From a virus (taxonomy: Duplodnaviria > Caudoviricetes): DNA of 25,235 bases. The translations under genes were made by a program, and so were the position numbers. The notes under the pieces were generated by a model, which searched no databases, had not been told where the DNA came from, and was given only the letters and a program-made list of their open reading frames with translations. Shown piece by piece: positions 1 to 7,880 of this stretch (positions within the stretch are counted from its first letter, which is position 1; each line of letters opens with the position of its first letter). The stretch covers positions 1 to 25,235 of IMG/VR virus record IMGVR_UViG_3300030332_001087, one strand, 5' to 3'.

Positions 1-61
1 TGATTATCTTAAAACTATCTGTTGCTACAATCGGGTCTTCAACAATATTGAAATCACTCAT
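1..61 (-). CDS. Partial hypothetical protein (N-terminus MSDFNIVEDPIVATDSFKII..., runs off window)
   Basis: ATG at 61-59 overlaps the end of the GIY-YIG gene and the frame is open to the window edge. Confidence 0.5.
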   Translation of the reverse strand, partial: MSDFNIVEDPIVATDSFKII

Positions 62-680
62 TATTATCACCAGCATATTGGTCAAAACCCTCTATCATGG
101 TTTCATATGTTTCATCTTGATATCTATATCTTTGATGTTTTAGATACCCATCTTTATTATATTTTGGTTGTAATCTTTCAATGAAAAACCTTTCAACCCT
201 GTCGAGATTTTCCTTGACCACTGGCAAATACAAGACCTTATTAAAATCCTTGTCTTGAATATGCTGATTTACTCTTGCTGCAACATTGATAGATTGTCCT
301 ACATACACTATCTCAACACCTTCAAGCAAAAAATAAACACATGGTGGGTTAATTATAGGAAGTTCAAGTAATTCTTGAGAATGATGAATCAGTTCTTTTG
401 GAATATCTAACGGTTTCTTTAAATCATCATCATAGCTATAAAACTTTGAAACGATTTTAAAGCCATCATAGTGTTCAACCAATTCTTCTTTTATCCATTT
501 TAATACTTCAATTACTTTATATGCTTTTATTCCATTAATTAAATAATGTGGCATTAATCCTTGTTCATCATATTTTGTGAATGTCTCTTTGGTGAGAAAT
601 GCTTCAAGTTCTTTTATTTTATTAGATTCCATCAACTGCTCAAACGTCTTTAATGATGAACCCAAGGTTATGTTTTCCAT
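54..680 (-). CDS. GIY-YIG nuclease-domain protein
   Basis: C-terminal CVYFL...VYVGQS...RVNQH...E...I..LQPKYN matches the GIY-YIG pattern; N-terminal ~110 aa unassigned. Confidence 0.75.
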   Translation of the reverse strand: MENITLGSSLKTFEQLMESNKIKELEAFLTKETFTKYDEQGLMPHYLINGIKAYKVIEVLKWIKEELVEHYDGFKIVSKFYSYDDDLKKPLDIPKELIHHSQELLELPIINPPCVYFLLEGVEIVYVGQSINVAARVNQHIQDKDFNKVLYLPVVKENLDRVERFFIERLQPKYNKDGYLKHQRYRYQDETYETMIEGFDQYAGDNNE

Positions 681-681
681 T

Positions 682-1089
682 TCATGTTTCCTCTATCTTT
701 ATCCATGTTGATGGATGCTCTGTATATATTTTTTCCATTTCCACTTTCCAAATCTGGGAATCATCGTACCAGATAACATTATTTCCAGCGTCCATTACAA
801 ATTTCAGCATATTATCGATGTCTGGCTTGTTTGTATAAGCGAGTGGTGGATTTGGTTTTAATTCGCCTGAATATTTACCAGTTCTGTAATGTTTCTTCAC
901 AAACGGCATACCAAAGGTTACCTTTAGTGAGATATCGCCTTTAAGGGGCTGTTTTGGAGCTTTTGCGTGTATTAGGGCAAGAAAGTCGTTTTTATCGCTC
1001 TTGGAAGGGTCATATGTGAATCCAGCCTTGGTGTGCCGATGTCTTTTCTGGGCTTTTGGGCTGCCCTTAATAGTAATTTCAATTTTCAC
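682..1089 (-). CDS. rusA: RusA-family Holliday junction resolvase
   Basis: GSPKAQKRHR, KPDIDNMLKFVMDA and WYDDSQI motifs. Confidence 0.9.
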   Translation of the reverse strand: MKIEITIKGSPKAQKRHRHTKAGFTYDPSKSDKNDFLALIHAKAPKQPLKGDISLKVTFGMPFVKKHYRTGKYSGELKPNPPLAYTNKPDIDNMLKFVMDAGNNVIWYDDSQIWKVEMEKIYTEHPSTWIKIEET

Positions 1090-1412
1090 TTTTGGGGAAA
1101 GTTCTTTTCAAAATTAAACTGCTCAACATCATGCAGTAAATCTTTCATTTTATTCATTCCGAGTATATGGGAGTCTGTTGGGAAGAAATACTTCCAGTGA
1201 CCACCGCTTGATTTGACCCAGTAAAAGAATGCTATTCCTACCTTGCCTGAAGATTTGTTGAAGTGAACTGCTGCCGTTAAGTCACTCAGTGGTTTTATTA
1301 CACCAACTGAGAAGGTTTCGTTTGTTTTGTTGAATTCTCTTTCTGGATTTGAAAAATGATAGGCTACTTCATTAGCCTTATCGTACAGCTTGACCGCTAT
1401 ATCTTTTTTCAT
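1086..1412 (-). CDS. Hypothetical protein
   Basis: 108 aa ORF closely coupled to both neighbours. Confidence 0.7.
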   Translation of the reverse strand: MKKDIAVKLYDKANEVAYHFSNPEREFNKTNETFSVGVIKPLSDLTAAVHFNKSSGKVGIAFFYWVKSSGGHWKYFFPTDSHILGMNKMKDLLHDVEQFNFEKNFPQK

Positions 1413-1414
1413 TG

Positions 1415-1732
1415 TTAGAAGGGTAGGTCGTCGTCTTCAGATTCTGTATTCTTTTTGTCTGGTTCTTTTTTAGACCATTTTTCTTTAGCCTGTTCTTTTG
1501 TCAGTACAATGCATTCGGAAGAATACTTCTGTACATGAACTTCATCCATAGGACGAACTGCTACCTGTAGGGCTGGTCTGTTATCCCCTTCCTGTTTTTT
1601 GGCTCCTACCCAGTGCCAGCCTGCTTTGGCTATATATATTTTACCATTAAAATCATCCATCCAGTCATCAGTTTTACGGTCATTGTTCCAAAGACCAGCT
1701 TTGTTTTCTGTTATATATGTCTTTTCTGCCAT
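1415..1732 (-). CDS. SSB-like protein
   Basis: Acidic C-terminal tail EDDDLPF typical of SSBs; adjacent to recT; AAGGA RBS. Confidence 0.6.
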   Translation of the reverse strand: MAEKTYITENKAGLWNNDRKTDDWMDDFNGKIYIAKAGWHWVGAKKQEGDNRPALQVAVRPMDEVHVQKYSSECIVLTKEQAKEKWSKKEPDKKNTESEDDDLPF

Positions 1733-1753
1733 TTTGTTTTCCTTTTAATTGCC

Positions 1754-1868
1754 GGGGGCAGGTGCATGGAGTCACCTACCCCCCTAACACTGTCAATAAC
1801 GATGGAGAGATGCCCACGAAGAGGATTGTAGTTGTGGGTTTCGCAGGCAAAATTGTCCGACAGTGCTA
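1754..1868 (-). ncRNA. Candidate structured RNA with an anti-RBS loop (ACUCCAUG)
   Basis: Two stems (1785-1794/1859-1868 and 1754-1764/1773-1783), each with a G-U wobble on the minus strand that would be a C-A mismatch on plus; loop 1765-1772 reads ACUCCAUG on minus. Confidence 0.55.
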
Positions 1869-2741
1869 ATTGTTAAATTCGTCTTCCGGGTACACCAGAG
1901 CAGGGTCTTGCACCTCATCAAATTCCGGTTGTGGAGTTGAAGTAGAAGTAGAAGTATCCAAATCAGCTACTTCCTGCTCGTTATTCTGCATAATTATATG
2001 CCTTGGCTCTTTGTCTTCCACCAAGTCATCTATGTGAGCAGCTTCGCTCATCAGGATGCCATGCTCGGTTGTAGACTTCGGCAGCTTCTTGTCACAGAGC
2101 TGTCTAAGAACAGTCTTATAAGCCATAGCATCAAAGTCTGTCTGCCAAGGGCTGGACTCGGATGAGAACCCCCTGCTGAAGTGCTTTGCGTGGGCAATGA
2201 TGTCTTCACGGGTCATTACCTGAAAGGCTGTGCCACCATGCTTTAGTTCAGCGTAAGCATAGTATATACTGCCTTCGCCACGGCTGTTAGACAGCTTGGG
2301 TCGGTGGTGAAAGGACAATCCATTACTGCCCTTGGAGTAGTCAAACTCGTCCCCGTCGCAGACCTTGTCATAGTCCAGTGATTTAATCAGTCCAGTATTC
2401 CAAGCCAGTTTCATCATGCCCCGGTATTCAATCAGGAAAGTGCAATCCTGACCGTAGGGAATAAGAGCAGCTTCACTGAGTGGGCTGTTAGGCTCTAATC
2501 CATACCTTGCTGATTCCATCATCGACTTCAGTACCGATGCTGGTTTGCATTGCATCAGCTTTGGCTGTACTGACAGTGCAGTCAAACAGGAAGATATATA
2601 TCTCTTCGCAGACAGGTTGCCCTGTGGTAGAGCGTTGGATATCTGGGTATAGAATGCACTGCTTTGGATTGTTTCCTTGAGACTGGTCTGATTGTTAGTC
2701 AGTCCCTTTGACCTTTCTTTTGCTTTTTGTATTTCAGTCAT
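1866..2741 (-). CDS. recT: RecT-family ssDNA annealing recombinase
   Basis: PKLMQC...S...GLEPNSPL.EAALIPYG...IEYRGMMKLA and SPWQTDFDAMAYKTVLRQL motifs. Confidence 0.93.
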   Translation of the reverse strand: MTEIQKAKERSKGLTNNQTSLKETIQSSAFYTQISNALPQGNLSAKRYISSCLTALSVQPKLMQCKPASVLKSMMESARYGLEPNSPLSEAALIPYGQDCTFLIEYRGMMKLAWNTGLIKSLDYDKVCDGDEFDYSKGSNGLSFHHRPKLSNSRGEGSIYYAYAELKHGGTAFQVMTREDIIAHAKHFSRGFSSESSPWQTDFDAMAYKTVLRQLCDKKLPKSTTEHGILMSEAAHIDDLVEDKEPRHIIMQNNEQEVADLDTSTSTSTPQPEFDEVQDPALVYPEDEFNN

Positions 2742-3664
2742 TATAACTCCTTCTTAATTACAAATCTTCTGGAACCAGACTTCATAGAAACATATTCAGA
2801 ATATATATCAGGATGCTCTTTCTTAAATAATTCCTTGTCAAAATGTTCCCTGTCCTTGGTTTGTTTCCATGTCACAAGCTGGCGACCATTGTATTCCAGT
2901 ACCTGTTTGTCTTCGAGGACATTCATTAACTGCAGCTTGAGTTCCTTTATCTCACTCTCGCAGTCTGATTTCTGTTGATTGCAGACCCTTAACTGGACGG
3001 CTATATTATATATATCATCATCAGCCTGTACTATCTCATCTTCCGAAACAGTGCTGTACAACAGGTTCGCATCTCCAATGGTCTGGCACGGTGGTGCTAC
3101 ATTGCCTTCCACATTAATTTTCCAGAATTCTACCAATGTATCCATCAGGCTCTTGATGAACTTATCATCCCGGTGATATTTCTCTATCACCATCTGCTTG
3201 TTATAGCCGAGGGAAAGAGATGCGAAATAAATGTAGGGCGCATCCGTGACCATCATCTGGTGCTGTAACTGGACGAAGTAGTGGTCTGGAATCTCACCAT
3301 CCCATTTCTGGGATGTAGTCTTGAACTCAACAGGAACCTTTTCACCAACAACCATGCCGTCAAGGTTGGTTGTTATGAATGGATGGTCATCGTGTATTCT
3401 GATTTTATTGTCCTGCTTAACCTTCAGTCCCGTTTCACGAAAGAACAAATCTCGTAAGATAGGTTCCATCTCCCTACCCAGATACATTGCAAGGTTATCA
3501 TCCTTGGGCTGAAATCCGTTCACCAGTTCATTCCATAATTCAACTGCTGTAAGCCAAGGATGAACTCCTTTGACTGCTGCTGACTGGGATGCTCCGATGC
3601 TTGGATTTAGCTGTCTGTCCAACAGCCAGTCATCATAATTGAGTGGTGCTTTTCTGTATGTCAT
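2741..3664 (-). CDS. YqaJ-like (lambda-exonuclease family) recombination exonuclease
   Basis: WL..R...IGASQSAAV.G..PW, G..MEP, NLDG, VEFKT and PDHYFVQLQHQM motifs; coupled to recT. Confidence 0.92.
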   Translation of the reverse strand: MTYRKAPLNYDDWLLDRQLNPSIGASQSAAVKGVHPWLTAVELWNELVNGFQPKDDNLAMYLGREMEPILRDLFFRETGLKVKQDNKIRIHDDHPFITTNLDGMVVGEKVPVEFKTTSQKWDGEIPDHYFVQLQHQMMVTDAPYIYFASLSLGYNKQMVIEKYHRDDKFIKSLMDTLVEFWKINVEGNVAPPCQTIGDANLLYSTVSEDEIVQADDDIYNIAVQLRVCNQQKSDCESEIKELKLQLMNVLEDKQVLEYNGRQLVTWKQTKDREHFDKELFKKEHPDIYSEYVSMKSGSRRFVIKKEL

Positions 3665-3855
3665 TATTTTCTCCTCTTAAATGGTGATGCTAAAAAATTC
3701 TTAATTCCTTTAAAAACCCGTCTGAAAAATCCATCTGTCCTGACATATGACTCTCTTTTCTTGCCCTTGTCTGAACGAACCTTTCTCTTCGTTTCAATTT
3801 CTGTTAATTTTTTTCTGAGAATTCTCTTTTTTTTATTTTTACTGACCTTAGCCAT
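3664..3855 (-). CDS. Small basic protein
   Basis: 63 aa, K/R-rich with RKVRSDKGKKR; AAGGAG RBS. Confidence 0.7.
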   Translation of the reverse strand: MAKVSKNKKKRILRKKLTEIETKRKVRSDKGKKRESYVRTDGFFRRVFKGIKNFLASPFKRRK

Positions 3856-3886
3856 TCTGTCTCTCCTTTGCGGTTAAGTTATTGAA

Positions 3887-3915
3887 AAGTTACAATAGGT
3901 TACAATAAGTTGCAA
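3887..3915 (-). promoter_or_regulatory. Sigma70-like promoter with TGTAA direct repeats
   Basis: TTGCAA-cttat-TGTAA-cctat-TG-TAACTT (17 nt spacer) upstream of the recombination genes. Confidence 0.6.
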
Positions 3916-3917
3916 GG

Positions 3918-4514
3918 TCAATCGGGTATAACAAGTTCTACTTCGTGCTGATGCGCTACATTGGATGTGGATTGATTATTCATCAACCTGAACTTATTTA
4001 TGAGAGTGTTGAACAGGCTGATAAAGTTATGCATATCTTGGGGTTTGCCGTTGACCATTTCGCTGTAGTCAATCGTAGACATAGCCTGAGTCATTCTCAT
4101 CATCTCCACCATCATGGCTGTAGATATATAATTCATCCCCTGCTGCAGCGTGGTGGCTCTCTGGGACATTATCTCATCCCTTTTAGCCCACCAACCCCTG
4201 AGTGTACTCGCAGGAACACCAATCATCTGCTCTACCCGTTTGTACAGGGGTATCAAGTCACCAGTTATCTTGTCTTCATTCTGGAATGCTTCCAGAAACA
4301 TCAGTGCAAAGTGCTGTTCATCAATTCTATACTTCCCGTTCTTCTTCACCAGTAACGGCTCACCTTCAAACACTGGCTCATTCAGTTCCATCGGTTTCAT
4401 GTTATCAACAGCAAGCCCCAGTGCCTTGCCCTGTTCCTTCACAAAATTAATCTCACCTTCATTCTTGGCGAGATTAACTTTCTGTTTTATTTTTTCTGCT
4501 TTGGTCTTATCCAT
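3918..4514 (-). CDS. HTH protein, possible terminase small subunit
   Basis: HTH-like YKRVEQMIGVPASTLRGWW, helical middle and C-terminal strand-like QHEVELVIPD; the TerS call is inference. Confidence 0.45.
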   Translation of the reverse strand: MDKTKAEKIKQKVNLAKNEGEINFVKEQGKALGLAVDNMKPMELNEPVFEGEPLLVKKNGKYRIDEQHFALMFLEAFQNEDKITGDLIPLYKRVEQMIGVPASTLRGWWAKRDEIMSQRATTLQQGMNYISTAMMVEMMRMTQAMSTIDYSEMVNGKPQDMHNFISLFNTLINKFRLMNNQSTSNVAHQHEVELVIPD

Positions 4515-4531
4515 CGTAAAATTTACAAATA

Positions 4532-5119
4532 TTACGCCCCAATAGAAAACTCTTCATAGGCTTCATCAAGGTTGGACTGCTCGATGCCAATGTATCTCAG
4601 GGTGTACTCCGGGTCGCTGTGATTCAGTATCCGCATGACCAGTGCCAAGTCTTTTGTTTTATTATATATATTATATGCTAATGTTTTTCTCATGCTGTGA
4701 GTCCCGAACTTAGTCACGCCTGACTTCTGGGCAGCATCCCTGAGCATGGTGTACGCCCTGATTCTGTCAAGAGGATTGGCAGGGTTTTTCAGGGAGAAGA
4801 ATATCCAGTCTTCTGGTTCCAGACCATAGAACTTTACATAGGATTCCAGTTCTGGACGAATTACGCTGTTGAGTTTAATCTGTTTCAGTTTACGGGTCTT
4901 GCGCTTGATGGTCTTACTCTCGAACAGGTCGAGGTATTCTTTCAGTGTTCCATCTGGATGAAATAGATACTTAACCTTCAGCCTGAGTATATCCTTGATG
5001 CGGAGTCCTGTATTCAATCCAAACCTCAACAGCAACGGGTCACGCTTGTTCCCCTTGCGCTCCAAGATGCGAATCATATTGGAAATTTGGTTCATGTCTT
5101 TTACTGGTTGTACGGTCAT
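4532..5119 (-). CDS. Short tyrosine recombinase (catalytic domain only)
   Basis: NTGLRIKD (R), K, HSMRKT (H-x-x-R), LNHS (H), TLRYIG (Y); 195 aa with no N-terminal binding domains. Confidence 0.9.
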   Translation of the reverse strand: MTVQPVKDMNQISNMIRILERKGNKRDPLLLRFGLNTGLRIKDILRLKVKYLFHPDGTLKEYLDLFESKTIKRKTRKLKQIKLNSVIRPELESYVKFYGLEPEDWIFFSLKNPANPLDRIRAYTMLRDAAQKSGVTKFGTHSMRKTLAYNIYNKTKDLALVMRILNHSDPEYTLRYIGIEQSNLDEAYEEFSIGA

Positions 5120-5140
5120 TACTTTTTGCCTTCCGTTTTA

Positions 5141-5581
5141 TTAGTGACTTTGATGACCATGTAATTCCGTGTGGCAGTTAGAACATAGGACTATACACTT
5201 TTTGATTTCTTTAAATATTTTTGATAATCCAAATCCATTGGAAATCATATCACCGACATTGGCTTCTTTGCTTGCATCATGGTGATGGAACTGTAATGCC
5301 CAAGTAGTAAAACTCTTTCCCCTTGTTTCCTTAGAATAGCCTCCCTTGGTACTGCATTTCGGATTTTCGCAAGAACATTGCTCTTTGTATTTTCTTACCG
5401 CAGTTGCTTTTGCCATTCTACCACTGGGGGAGTTTTTCTTTCTTGCCCAGTAGCAACCATTCTTTGCACAATAATGCCTTCTATAAGGTTCTCCAGCCTT
5501 ATTGTCTCTGCCTGATTTAGCGAAGTGTTCCAACTTCATAGTTTTATAACACCCCTTACAGGTTCTTGTTTCTGTTTGCAT
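5141..5581 (-). CDS. HNH-like Zn-finger endonuclease
   Basis: CKGC, several Cys clusters, LQFHH and KCIVLCSNCHTELH. Confidence 0.75.
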   Translation of the reverse strand: MQTETRTCKGCYKTMKLEHFAKSGRDNKAGEPYRRHYCAKNGCYWARKKNSPSGRMAKATAVRKYKEQCSCENPKCSTKGGYSKETRGKSFTTWALQFHHHDASKEANVGDMISNGFGLSKIFKEIKKCIVLCSNCHTELHGHQSH

Positions 5582-5690
5582 TGGTTTCTCCTCAAAATTT
5601 TGCCGTAAGGGACGGTTTTATGCGGAGTCCCGACCAAGGTAGGGTAACCGCCCCAAACGGCTGTCATGGAGCAAATTTGCTCGTTATTTG

Positions 5691-5807
5691 CTATGCTAAT
5701 GCCAACCTCACTAATGCATAAATAATTATTAGTGATAATACACCAATCCAAGTAAAGATTAGAGTTTCAAGGGCTGATAGTATCAGGTTTTGCCATCTGT
5801 CATTCAT
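5691..5807 (-). CDS. 38 aa single-TM peptide (MNDRWQNLILSALETLIFTWIGVLSLIIIYALVRLALA)
   Basis: Not in the ORF track; AAGGAG RBS, TAATG overlap with the upstream stop, hydrophobic helix. Confidence 0.65.
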   Translation of the reverse strand: MNDRWQNLILSALETLIFTWIGVLSLIIIYALVRLALA

Positions 5808-6001
5808 TATTCAACTCCTTCTTCTTTTCTGTTGCTATCCGGTTTTAAATGTATAACATCATCTTCAATACTACCCTCATCCCAACAACTTACATACATT
5901 GGTGCGACCTCACTGTGTTCCAGATAAAATATCATCCCATTTATTGTGATGTAAAGCGACTTGGGACTACGAACATCTATTTTTATTCCATATTTTTTCA
6001 T
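5807..6001 (-). CDS. Hypothetical protein
   Basis: 64 aa, AAGGAG RBS, TAATG coupling. Confidence 0.7.
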   Translation of the reverse strand: MKKYGIKIDVRSPKSLYITINGMIFYLEHSEVAPMYVSCWDEGSIEDDVIHLKPDSNRKEEGVE

Positions 6002-6273
6002 TATTCAACTCCTTTTTCAAAGCGTGATTTGACGTAGGCACTCTTGTCGCCTTCCTGTATCAGTCCCTGCTCCAACAGGTTGTGAGCAGACCGACCAAAA
6101 GAACCTTGTAATGTCCATGCCATTCCAGTATCAACCAGTATCTGCCATGCGACCAATATCTGCTCCTGAGAGTCAGGAGTCAACCATCCTTCCGCAATGC
6201 CGACTGCATCGTACTGACCCATATTTGCATACAGGTCAGAATCACGAAGGGTTTTATTTATGTTTATTGTCAT
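6001..6273 (-). CDS. Conserved-looking phage hypothetical protein
   Basis: AGGAGG RBS before ATG 6273; contains WQILVDTGMAWTLQGSFGRSA, a motif type I recognise from phage early proteins. Confidence 0.65.
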   Translation of the reverse strand: MTININKTLRDSDLYANMGQYDAVGIAEGWLTPDSQEQILVAWQILVDTGMAWTLQGSFGRSAHNLLEQGLIQEGDKSAYVKSRFEKGVE

Positions 6274-6514
6274 CATCATCCTCCTTGAGTGATATTTTAT
6301 TAGGGAAATCAATATATAACACGCTGTCATCTTCATTATCGCAACCCTTTACTCCGCATATTCCAGAGCCTAAATCAGATATACCAAGCCCTTCTATCTT
6401 GTCTGAATGTTTCCGCTGACAATCTCCGCATATCTGTGACCACATGACATTTCCACCGAAACACTCACCTACCACATCATCAAATTCAATTCCATTGTAA
6501 TTAAATTTTCTCAT
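6254..6514 (-). CDS. Cys-rich hypothetical protein
   Basis: CAUGGAG-N6-AUG start; CGDC and CGVKGC. Confidence 0.7.
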   Translation of the reverse strand: MRKFNYNGIEFDDVVGECFGGNVMWSQICGDCQRKHSDKIEGLGISDLGSGICGVKGCDNEDDSVLYIDFPNKISLKEDDDDNKHK

Positions 6515-6544
6515 TTTTCACTCCATGTTTGTTATTTTTGATTT

Positions 6545-6605
6545 CCATCGACCCCAGATTGCTCTGGGGGTTTCGACTGGTAATCATCCAGTCTCATCAG
6601 GATGG
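6545..6605 (-). ncRNA. Hammerhead ribozyme HH1 (type I)
   Basis: CCAUC CUGAUGA GACUGG-AUGAUUA-CCAGUC GAAA CCCCCAGA-GCAA-UCUGGGG UC|GAUGG; full core, one bulged C in stem III; predicted cleavage between 6550 and 6549. Confidence 0.9.
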
Positions 6606-6608
6606 GCG

Positions 6609-6776
6609 TTACTCTTCTAAATGTCTTATCAACCTTTCAAGACCGTCCTTAATGCCATTATGTTCTGCTTGTGTATGGCTATCATTAATCCATTCAGTAT
6701 CATCGATTATGTCTTTTGCTATATTCCTGATGCGTTCCAATGATACATTCTTTTTTGTTTCTTTTTTCTTTTTCAT
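6609..6776 (-). CDS. 55 aa hypothetical protein (MKKKKETKKNVSLERIRNIAKDII...)
   Basis: Not in the ORF track; CAUGGAG-N6-AUG start; stop just before HH1. Confidence 0.7.
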   Translation of the reverse strand: MKKKKETKKNVSLERIRNIAKDIIDDTEWINDSHTQAEHNGIKDGLERLIRHLEE

Positions 6777-6802
6777 TTTAATCTCCATGTTTAAGGTTAC
6801 TT

Positions 6803-6831
6803 AGTTTACAGTTGTTTACAGTCCCATGCAA
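6803..6831 (-). promoter_or_regulatory. Internal sigma70-like promoter with TGTAA direct repeats
   Basis: TTGCAT-gggac-TGTAA-acaac-TG-TAAACT (17 nt spacer), same layout as 3887-3915. Confidence 0.6.
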
Positions 6832-6834
6832 GGG

Positions 6835-7071
6835 CTAATTCACTCTCCTGAGTGCAGTCCCTTCATCAATCTGGTAGTATTCACCGTTGTGGTATCTCCA
6901 GTAGCCACCATCAGTATCGATGTTGATGTACCTTCTGGTGGCTATGCTCTTGTACAGGTTGATATCACCCACTGCGCCCATGTGCATGAAATCGCAGCAG
7001 TTTATTTCATTTGGTTTTCTTTCGCTGAGATTCTCCAGTGGAACCCAGTTTATTGTTGTGCTTATGTTCAT
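6835..7071 (-). CDS. Hypothetical protein (78 aa)
   Basis: Start reassigned to ATG 7071 from the CAUGGAG-N6-AUG signal. Confidence 0.7.
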   Translation of the reverse strand: MNISTTINWVPLENLSERKPNEINCCDFMHMGAVGDINLYKSIATRRYINIDTDGGYWRYHNGEYYQIDEGTALRRVN

Positions 7072-7072
7072 T

Positions 7073-7492
7073 TCATTCTCCATGATTTGGTTTTGTAAAA
7101 TAACTATTTGCCTTCCAAGGTCTGCAATCCCAACTGTCCAGTAGTACACCACCTACGACTGCTGTGAGATGACCGCAAGTAACGAAGATATAGATTCCGT
7201 CGGGGTCAACAGGGATATTCTTCAGAGAGTACTTTCTTCTTCCGCTGTGGGTCAATGGGCTATGTTTCACCCATCCCCTGTCCGACAGCCATTCCTCATA
7301 GCATCTTGGGTCATTTGGTAGGAATCCAATATCCCTGCCCAATTCAAACAGTTCATTCCAAACGACCAGATAGTCTGTATCGGTAGCATGAGCCAAAGCC
7401 CTCACTACACAATCGTTGGTTCTATCCTTTTTCAGTTTACAAGACCAGTACTTGTCTCTGCCACCAAACGATTTTTTGTATTTTATTCTCAT
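7073..7492 (-). CDS. Phage protein with a possible papain-like Cys-His-Asp triad
   Basis: NDCVVRAL...GHLTAV...DSWD; CAUGGAG start. Confidence 0.55.
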   Translation of the reverse strand: MRIKYKKSFGGRDKYWSCKLKKDRTNDCVVRALAHATDTDYLVVWNELFELGRDIGFLPNDPRCYEEWLSDRGWVKHSPLTHSGRRKYSLKNIPVDPDGIYIFVTCGHLTAVVGGVLLDSWDCRPWKANSYFTKPNHGE

Positions 7493-7779
7493 TTATCACT
7501 CCATGTTTGGTTAGTTTTAGGAAATGGTGAACATCTTGTCTCTTCATTCCAGTCACATAGTTGTAGGTCGGATAAGGGACAAACACTGCATGGTAGCACT
7601 TCCTTGTGACCACATTCTGAACAATCAGATTTTCCATCTTGGGTTATTTCAGCATCACATCCACATTCTGGACAACCTTCATCACATTTAGCATCTGTCC
7701 ATAATTTAGAGTAATCCCAACTTAATGCATCTGGCTCAAGACCAAATTTGCTGAGAAGGTTTGTTAGTTTTTTACTCAT
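7489..7779 (-). CDS. Cys-rich (Zn-ribbon) hypothetical protein
   Basis: CPECG, CSECG, CSVC; start reassigned to ATG 7779. Confidence 0.7.
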   Translation of the reverse strand: MSKKLTNLLSKFGLEPDALSWDYSKLWTDAKCDEGCPECGCDAEITQDGKSDCSECGHKEVLPCSVCPLSDLQLCDWNEETRCSPFPKTNQTWSDK

Positions 7780-7805
7780 TTTATTCTCCATGTTATTTTC
7801 AATTA

Positions 7806-7865
7806 GTAGCACCATGCTACAGAGCGCAGGGCAGGAATCGAACCTGCCCAGTACCATACTGCGCT
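7806..7865 (-). ncRNA. tRNA-like element TLE1
   Basis: AGCGCA GUA-UGG-UAC U GGGCAGG-UUCGAUU-CCUGCCC UGCGCU CU GUAGCA-UGG-UGCUAC. Confidence 0.75.
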
Positions 7866-7880
7866 TATTATATATATATA

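Noticed and set aside
1801-1860. Fourth hammerhead (GAAA-CCCAC...GUGGG on minus)
   Set aside because: No CUGANGA core and no UH cleavage site
5141-5690. Group I intron carrying the HNH gene
   Set aside because: No interrupted host gene and no recognisable P7 core
6818-6837. AGCCCUUGCAUGGGAC as a degenerate fourth TLE
   Set aside because: No T-loop arm; better explained as the -35 box of an internal promoter
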